Shown here one piece after another: positions 58,284 to 64,000 of a DNA stretch of 64,000 bases. The DNA is from a virus. Location: the IMG/VR virus record IMGVR_UViG_3300032286_000926, positions 39,459-103,458 of that record. One strand, 5' to 3'. The stretch's first letter is position 1. Each line of letters begins with the position of its first letter. The notes beneath the pieces were generated by a model. That model made no database searches. It saw only the letters and a program-made list of their open reading frames with translations, and was not told where the DNA came from. Made by a program: the position numbers and the translations under genes.

Positions 58284-59107
58284 TGAAATCATTAAACGAA
58301 TTTAAGCAAGAACCAACATTGGTTGAAGAGGAAAAGTCTGACTATTCCAAATTTGATGCGTTGGTTCGTGCTGGTCTTGCTAATAAGGCACAACTGCAAC
58401 GTATTCACCGCATACTTGATAAGATGCAAGAAGAGCGTCCACAGTTTAATAATGCCGATAAAATGATTATGCAAAACCTGTTTAATAAAATGGCTGATTT
58501 AATCACCAATAATAAACAGATTTATCAGAAATCAAGGCAAGTGGTTCGTGAAGGTTTAGAATTATCCGAAGATATTATGGATACTTCTGATTTTAAACTA
58601 TCACCAAGTGGTAGAAAAATTAGAGCTCACCGAGTTAAAGTTGGTGATACTAATCCTGATATGCGTGATGCTGAAAAAGATAATATTAAAGAAGCAGTAA
58701 ATCCAGATAAAGAACCACCTTTTGTATTGGTACTTAAAAGAACAGGTATTCGTTTGTATCCAAATGGTCTAAGAGTTGCCATTTATTACAACCAAAAGTT
58801 AGATAAGTATTTCTCGGTACCATATGGCCAAGGTGTAGATGCAACGATTCAAGCAGAAGAAATTGAACTAGAAGAAGCCGTAGATGTTGTTGGTAAGTTA
58901 CAGAAGATTAAAGATACACACCAACATGCCACAATTAACCACAAAGATGGTTCGGCAAGTAAAATTGATGTTCAAACTGCCCATGCATTATTGTCAGTAC
59001 ATAAAGCACTCAACGATGAGAATAAGAAAAAGTTCTCTGATATGATGGCAAGGTCTAATCACCATATGAAGAAGGCTGCCGATTTTGCTTGGAATAAAGT
59101 AAAATGA
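58283..59107 (+). CDS. Hypothetical prohead core/internal head protein
   Basis: Lies between gp67-like and gp21; several [I/L]-x-E motifs; PP.VLVLKR..IR.YP.G..VA.YY...L..YFSVPY block. Confidence 0.6.
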   Translation: MKSLNEFKQEPTLVEEEKSDYSKFDALVRAGLANKAQLQRIHRILDKMQEERPQFNNADKMIMQNLFNKMADLITNNKQIYQKSRQVVREGLELSEDIMDTSDFKLSPSGRKIRAHRVKVGDTNPDMRDAEKDNIKEAVNPDKEPPFVLVLKRTGIRLYPNGLRVAIYYNQKLDKYFSVPYGQGVDATIQAEEIELEEAVDVVGKLQKIKDTHQHATINHKDGSASKIDVQTAHALLSVHKALNDENKKKFSDMMARSNHHMKKAADFAWNKVK

Positions 59108-59517
59108 ACTTTCTAGAAAAGTTAATTGAAAACAAATTAGAAGAGGCGAAACAAAGTTTATTTGACCGTCTTGATGAGATTGCCGCCAATAAGTTAAAAG
59201 AACTTAAATTGGATGAAGCGGCTGGTAAGAATACCAACATCATCAAAATGGGTAGAGTACAAAAGATTCGCAGAAGAATTCGCAGAAATGCAAAAGGTAA
59301 AATTGTAGTTCAGAAGAATCGCAGGCGTTCCGCTATTAAAGGTTATAGAGTTTCACCTAAAGGGAATGTAGTTAGAAGAATACCTGCAACTGAAAGAATA
59401 CATAAACAAAGATTATTAAAACGTTCATGGAAAACAACTAGAAGAGCAAAGCTTCGTAGGACACTCATTAAGAGAAAAATGTCTATGCGTAGAAGAGCCG
59501 GATTAGGACTAAAGTAA
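59104..59517 (+). CDS. Arg/Lys-rich prohead core protein (gp68-like)
   Basis: Acidic N-terminus then highly basic C-terminus ending KRKMSMRRRAGLGLK. Confidence 0.65.
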   Translation: MNFLEKLIENKLEEAKQSLFDRLDEIAANKLKELKLDEAAGKNTNIIKMGRVQKIRRRIRRNAKGKIVVQKNRRRSAIKGYRVSPKGNVVRRIPATERIHKQRLLKRSWKTTRRAKLRRTLIKRKMSMRRRAGLGLK

Positions 59518-59518
59518 A

Positions 59519-59884
59519 ATGGCAAGCAAAATTACAAATTCAACAAGAGGTTCATCAGTTATTCAGGTAACTGGTGCCGACACGTTAACAGTTAATGTTA
59601 GAAACAATTTAGCAACATCTAATACAGAAATTGTTACCGATGCACATCTTAAAAGAGCTCTTTGGTCTACCAATGGTAGTATTACCATTACTCGTAACTC
59701 AGAGAAAGTCCTTGAGTTGTTTGGTTCAGGTGATATGCGTTTATCAGATTATGGGTATAGCATTACATCTAATTCAACATCGGACATTGTAATTACCGTT
59801 GCATCAGGTGGTACACTAGTATTAGAAGTGGCCAAGGTTGCAACCTATACAGTCGATCCAGATACAGGAAGAACACTAGTATGA
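59519..59884 (+). CDS. Hypothetical head-associated protein
   Basis: Clean ORF coupled (ATGA) to gp21. Confidence 0.6.
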   Translation: MASKITNSTRGSSVIQVTGADTLTVNVRNNLATSNTEIVTDAHLKRALWSTNGSITITRNSEKVLELFGSGDMRLSDYGYSITSNSTSDIVITVASGGTLVLEVAKVATYTVDPDTGRTLV

Positions 59885-60531
59885 AACTAATTAGAGAAAC
59901 CGTAGAGAATGTCAAGTATTTGACAGAAACTTCCGAACAAGGAAAAAAGAATCTGTACATTGAAGGTACATTCTTAGTCGGTGATACAGTTAACCGCAAT
60001 AATCGTATGTACAAAATGGACACACTTCGCCGTGAAGTTGACCGTTATAATGAAGAGTACATCAAAACAAATCGTGCTTTGGGTGAATTAGGTCATCCAG
60101 ACACACCATCTTTAAACCTTGAAAGAGTATCTCACAAGATTGTCTCTTTGGTAGAAGATGGTAACATATTTTATGGTCGTGCCTTAATTTTAGACACACC
60201 ATATGGACAAATCGTTAAGAATTTCATCGACAACGATGTTAGTATTGGAGTGTCTTCCAGAGCCTTAGGTTCGGTAGCCATGACAAGAGAAGGTTACAAC
60301 CTAGTACAGGATGACCTCAGATTAGCTACTGCTGCTGATATTGTTGCGGATCCGTCCGCTCCTGGTGCCTTTGTACAAGGTATTATGGAAAACAAAGAAT
60401 GGATGTTAGTTGATGGTAAGTTTGTTGAAGCAGACTTTGACCAGGCTAAAAAACAAATAAAACAGGCAACTTCTATGCAAATAGAACAAGTTGCATTAAA
60501 ACTGTTTGAAAATTACCTCAGAAAACTTTAA
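59881..60531 (+). CDS. gp21: Prohead protease gp21
   Basis: MKLIRE, YIEG.F, NRNNRMY, RALGELGHP, GVSSRALGS, ADIVADPSAPGAFV.GIME. Confidence 0.97.
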   Translation: MKLIRETVENVKYLTETSEQGKKNLYIEGTFLVGDTVNRNNRMYKMDTLRREVDRYNEEYIKTNRALGELGHPDTPSLNLERVSHKIVSLVEDGNIFYGRALILDTPYGQIVKNFIDNDVSIGVSSRALGSVAMTREGYNLVQDDLRLATAADIVADPSAPGAFVQGIMENKEWMLVDGKFVEADFDQAKKQIKQATSMQIEQVALKLFENYLRKL

Positions 60532-60534
60532 TTT

Positions 60535-60542
60535 TATAAATA
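60535..60542 (+). promoter_or_regulatory. T4-type late promoter TATAAATA for gp22-gp23
   Basis: Exact consensus, SD AAGGAG downstream. Confidence 0.85.
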
Positions 60543-60565
60543 AGAAATCATAAGGAGAATACCTA

Positions 60566-61594
60566 ATGGCATCAAATAAACTCATGGAAGCAGCATCTGA
60601 TATTTTGTCCGGTAGTAAGGCAAAAGCAGCTGGCATGCCTCCGCAAAAACTAGACGGTGAAGTTGTCGATATTGGCGGCCCAACACCACAGAATTACAAA
60701 CAAGACGATGACTCAGCAAAGTTGGATACAACTAAAGCTGCTAAATCAGCAACCGCACCAACAACAAAACCATCAAATGCATCTTCTGACACGCAGAATA
60801 AACCTGCTGGCGGCAAGAAAACATTAGGTGAAGAAGAAGCTTCTGATTCAGAAGTTATCGCCGAAGAGAACTTCAAGTCTGACATTGAAGCTTTGTTTGC
60901 TGATGATTCCACTATTTCAGAAGATTTCAAATCTAAAGCAACTACAATCTTTGAAGCTCGTGTACTTGACCGTATTCAACAAATCCAAGAACAAATGGAA
61001 ACTGAATATGCTGGTATGTTGGAAGAAGCTGTTGAAGAAATCAAATCCGATTTAACTGCAAAAGTTGATGATTACCTCAACTATGTTGTTGAACAATGGT
61101 TAGAACAAAACGAAATTGCAATCGAATCTGGTCTCCGCTCTGAGTTGACCGAAGAATTCATTTCTGGTTTACGCAACTTGTTTGCAGAACATTATATCGA
61201 TGTTCCATCAGAAAAAGTTGACCTCGTTGACGAATTGGCAAGTAAAGTTGAAGAACTTGAAAGCAAATTAGATGAAGAGATTGAGCGTAGTATTGAACTA
61301 AAGAAATCTTTGGTTGAATCACGCAAAGTAGAAGTTACTCATGCTGTATGTGAAGGTCTTACCGATACACAAGTTGAAAAAATCAAATCACTCGCAGAGA
61401 GTGTTGAGTTCTCCACAGAGGAAGAATACCAAGAAAAACTTGAAACAATTCGTGAGAATTATTTCCCATCAGGTGTAAAAAAGGCTGCACAAGAACAATT
61501 GCATGAACAAATGGAAGAAGCTAACGACAAACCAGTTATTAATGACCCGTTTGTTGCCATGGTTTCCCAAGCAATTTCAAAAACAAATAAGTAA
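60566..61594 (+). CDS. gp22: Prohead core scaffold gp22
   Basis: SEDFK.KATTIFEA, VDDYLNYVVEQW..NEIAIE.GLR.E, LF.EHYIDVP, KLETIRENYF. Confidence 0.95.
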   Translation: MASNKLMEAASDILSGSKAKAAGMPPQKLDGEVVDIGGPTPQNYKQDDDSAKLDTTKAAKSATAPTTKPSNASSDTQNKPAGGKKTLGEEEASDSEVIAEENFKSDIEALFADDSTISEDFKSKATTIFEARVLDRIQQIQEQMETEYAGMLEEAVEEIKSDLTAKVDDYLNYVVEQWLEQNEIAIESGLRSELTEEFISGLRNLFAEHYIDVPSEKVDLVDELASKVEELESKLDEEIERSIELKKSLVESRKVEVTHAVCEGLTDTQVEKIKSLAESVEFSTEEEYQEKLETIRENYFPSGVKKAAQEQLHEQMEEANDKPVINDPFVAMVSQAISKTNK

Positions 61595-61624
61595 AATTTA
61601 ATAAAAAAACTAAGGAGAACCTTA

Positions 61625-62974
61625 ATGTATCTATCAGAACAATTACAAACGAAGTGGGATGGTGTTCTTAATCATCCAGAACTTCCACAAATTACAGACC
61701 CGTACCGTAAAGCCGTTACTGCTGTAATTCTAGAGAATCAAGCAATCGAAATGCAAAAAGCTTCTGGCATTTTGCACGAAGCAGGTCCAACTTCACAAGT
61801 TGGTACAGGCGGTTTCGGTGGTGGTGCTGCCGCAGGTGGTCCAGTAGCCGGTTTCGACCCAATCTTGATTTCTTTGGTACGCCGTTCATTACCTAACTTA
61901 ATCGCTTATGATGTTTGCGGTGTACAACCGATGACTGGACCTACTGGTCTGATTTTCGCTATGCGTTCATCATACAACGCACAAAACGTTACTACTGGTG
62001 CTGCTGGTACTGAAGCTTTCTATAACGAAGCTAACACAGTATTCTCTGGTGCTGGTACTGCTCAAACTGATTTGGCTCTTGCAGCTAACACAGCAACGGG
62101 TAACGTATTCACTCAAGCTTCAGTTACTCCAGGTACCGGTATGGCTACTTCAGTTGCAGAAGCTTTGGGTGATGGTACAGACTTTAACGAAATGGCTTTC
62201 TCAATCGAAAAAGTAACTGTAACTGCTAAGACCCGTGCTTTGAAGGCAGAATACTCAATGGAATTGGCACAAGACTTGAAAGCTGTTCATGGTCTTGACG
62301 CTGAAACTGAATTAGCAAACATTCTTTCTTCAGAAATTCTTGCTGAAATTAACCGTGAAGTTATCCGTACTATCTACCAAACTGCTAAGATTGGTGCTCA
62401 AGTTGGTACAACTCAGCAAGGTTCTTTCAACCTTGACACAGACTCAAACGGTCGTTGGATGGTTGAAAAGATTAAAGGTTTGGCATTCCAAATCGAACGT
62501 GAAGCTAATACAATTGCCAAGTTAACACGTCGTGGCAAAGGTAATGTATTGATTTGTTCTTCAGATGTAGCTTCTGCTCTTGCAATGGCTGGCATCCTTG
62601 ACTATCAATCAGCACTTGCTTCACAAGTTAACCTTACAGTTGACGATACTGGCAATACATTTGCTGGTACAATCTTTGGTCGTATCAAAGTGTACATTGA
62701 CCCATACTTCCCTGCTAGCTCTACAGCAGAGTTTGCAGTTGTTGGTTACAAAGGTACAAATGCATATGACGCTGGCTTGTTCTACTGCCCATACGTTCCA
62801 TTGCAAATGGTTCGTGCTGTTGACACAGGTACTTTCCAACCTAAGATTGGTTTCAAAACTCGTTACGGTTTAGTTGCTAACCCATTTGCTCAAGGTACAG
62901 CTCAAGGTTTAGGCGCTTTGACCGCAATTAGTAACAACTACTATCGTTCATTCAAGATTGCTAATTTGATGTAA
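61625..62974 (+). CDS. gp23: Major capsid protein gp23
   Basis: ILENQ, FDPILISLVRR..PNLIAYDVCGVQPMTGPTGLIFAMR, RALKAEYSMELAQDLKAVHGLDAE, FQPKIGFKTRYG. Confidence 0.98.
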   Translation: MYLSEQLQTKWDGVLNHPELPQITDPYRKAVTAVILENQAIEMQKASGILHEAGPTSQVGTGGFGGGAAAGGPVAGFDPILISLVRRSLPNLIAYDVCGVQPMTGPTGLIFAMRSSYNAQNVTTGAAGTEAFYNEANTVFSGAGTAQTDLALAANTATGNVFTQASVTPGTGMATSVAEALGDGTDFNEMAFSIEKVTVTAKTRALKAEYSMELAQDLKAVHGLDAETELANILSSEILAEINREVIRTIYQTAKIGAQVGTTQQGSFNLDTDSNGRWMVEKIKGLAFQIEREANTIAKLTRRGKGNVLICSSDVASALAMAGILDYQSALASQVNLTVDDTGNTFAGTIFGRIKVYIDPYFPASSTAEFAVVGYKGTNAYDAGLFYCPYVPLQMVRAVDTGTFQPKIGFKTRYGLVANPFAQGTAQGLGALTAISNNYYRSFKIANLM

Positions 62975-63025
62975 TCGAGATAAGGTTATCATATAATAAA
63001 ACATACAGATAACCTTAAAAAACTT

Positions 63026-63057
63026 AAAAGAGGACTCCTAGGGGTCCTCTTTTTTTT
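63026..63057 (+). terminator. Intrinsic terminator after gp23
   Basis: AAAAGAGGACTC-CTAG-GGGTCCTCTTTTTTTT. Confidence 0.9.
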
Positions 63058-63058
63058 A

Positions 63059-63066
63059 TATAAATA
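63059..63066 (+). promoter_or_regulatory. T4-type late promoter TATAAATA for gp3
   Basis: Exact consensus, 5 nt before the ATG at 63072. Confidence 0.8.
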
Positions 63067-63071
63067 CTAAT

Positions 63072-63602
63072 ATGACTGCACTCACTAGAAACCCACTAAA
63101 TCCAAACTTTCTCCATGCGAATAAGTTCCAGTTGAATTTTGGTAGAACTCCAAATACACAATACTTTTGCCAATCGGTAACTGTTCCAGGTATCTCTATG
63201 TCTGAGATACAATCACCTACACCGTTTAGTGACCTGTATTTACCTGGCGAAAAACCAATTTATGATTTATTGAATGTAACATTTTTAGTTGATGAAGAAA
63301 TGAAGTCTTGGCTGGAGATACACGATTGGATTCGTGCATTAACCTTTCCAGAAAATTACCAAGAGTACCAATCATTAGGTACTTTAAATCCCAATTCACT
63401 TAATAAAAAACCACAGTATTCCGATTGTACAATTACCGTATTAACGGCTGCAAATAATCCTATTGTGCGTTTTCATTATTACGATGTTTTCCCAACTTCC
63501 ATATCTACGGTGATAATGAATGCTTCTGATTCACCAGACAATGTGGTTACCGCAGATGCTACATTTCGGTTTTCTAGATTTGATGTAGAAAAAATAGCTT
63601 GA
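63072..63602 (+). CDS. gp3: Tail tube terminator/completion protein gp3
   Basis: NFL..NKF....R.P...YFCQ...VPGIS, FLVDE....W.EIHDW, SDCT, FPTSIS; position after gp23. Confidence 0.88.
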   Translation: MTALTRNPLNPNFLHANKFQLNFGRTPNTQYFCQSVTVPGISMSEIQSPTPFSDLYLPGEKPIYDLLNVTFLVDEEMKSWLEIHDWIRALTFPENYQEYQSLGTLNPNSLNKKPQYSDCTITVLTAANNPIVRFHYYDVFPTSISTVIMNASDSPDNVVTADATFRFSRFDVEKIA

Positions 63603-63627
63603 TTTTAACCTTTTGATGTGATATACT
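63599..63627 (+). promoter_or_regulatory. Sigma70-type early/middle promoter for uvsY
   Basis: TTGATT (63599-63604), 17-bp spacer, TG-n-TATACT extended -10 (hexamer 63622-63627). Confidence 0.7.
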
Positions 63628-63649
63628 CCTAATAGGAGGATTATAATTT

Positions 63650-64000
63650 ATGAGTAAACTTGACGATTTATTATTGATGTGGGCTAAGGATGCGGAAATT
63701 GACCGCACAGAACCAGGTAAAGCACTTCTTGACATACCCAAACTCCATAGTAAATATCTTAACATACTTTCATCACACCGTCTATTGATTCGTGATGCCG
63801 AGTTCAAATATAACCGCATGAAAAAAATTAAGTGGGAATATTATACTGGCAAACTAGATGATGATGATTTGAAGAAGTATGGATGGGAACCTTTTCCTTT
63901 TGTACTCAAGTCCGACATTACTACATATTTGGAGAGTGATGAAGATTTAGCAAAATACATGGCACAAAGACGGTTACACGAAGAAGTTGTAGAAGTTTGC
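63650..64000 (+). CDS. uvsY: Recombination mediator UvsY (3'-truncated; absent from the ORF track)
   Basis: Own translation: MSKLDDLLLMWAKDAEIDRTEPGKALLDIPKLHSKYLN...KWEYYTGK...PFPFVLKSDI..YLESDED. SD AGGAGG; position after gp3. Confidence 0.9.
   Translation, partial: MSKLDDLLLMWAKDAEIDRTEPGKALLDIPKLHSKYLNILSSHRLLIRDAEFKYNRMKKIKWEYYTGKLDDDDLKKYGWEPFPFVLKSDITTYLESDEDLAKYMAQRRLHEEVVEVC

Noticed and set aside
52268-62974. Introns, inteins or homing endonucleases in gp17, gp20 or gp23
   Set aside because: Proteins are continuous and of normal length, with no such motifs.
63574-63819. 81-aa minus-strand ORF
   Set aside because: Overlaps the real + strand uvsY, which the track missed because it runs off the window.
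1-64000. Stop-codon reassignment, tRNA or rRNA genes
   Set aside because: Core genes are full length in the standard code and end in TAA, TGA or TAG; intergenic gaps are too short and show no cloverleaf.

Overview
An AT-rich 64 kb piece of a large T4-like myovirus genome (organisation resembles Kyanoviridae/uncultured aquatic T4-likes). It is essentially all + strand and all late/virion genes. The right third is the conserved core: gp13, gp14, gp15, gp16, gp17, gp18, gp19, gp20, gp67-like, core proteins, gp21, gp22, gp23, gp3, then a partial uvsY. T4-type late promoters (TATAAATA and variants) precede many of these genes. Two oddities sit in the core: a Dps/ferritin gene between the two terminase subunits, and a PA14-like domain fused to gp15. 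Between gp8 and gp13, where T4 has gp9-gp12 and wac, lies a ~42 kb island. It encodes a VrlC/DUF4815-like protein, four RCC1 beta-propellers (one fused to a gp38-like polyglycine adhesin), three LamG lectins, Mtd_N-type fibres and a 1672-aa repeat protein. It also encodes two of three fibre proteins built from proline-free (Ser-Gly-Tyr/Ile/Trp)n repeats; the third lies just upstream of gp8. Two clusters of modifying enzymes are embedded in the island: methyltransferase + TPR-glycosyltransferase + CxxCxxCC protein, and GT2/GT2-MTase/GT9-like genes. The best candidate for an undescribed system is a phage-encoded virion glycosylation/modification pathway. Its likely targets are the serine-lined Gly-Tyr-Ser collagen-like fibres and/or a pervasive [A/S]-N-[T/V/S/N] motif in virion proteins. 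All calls are by motif recognition by eye; no database searches were run.
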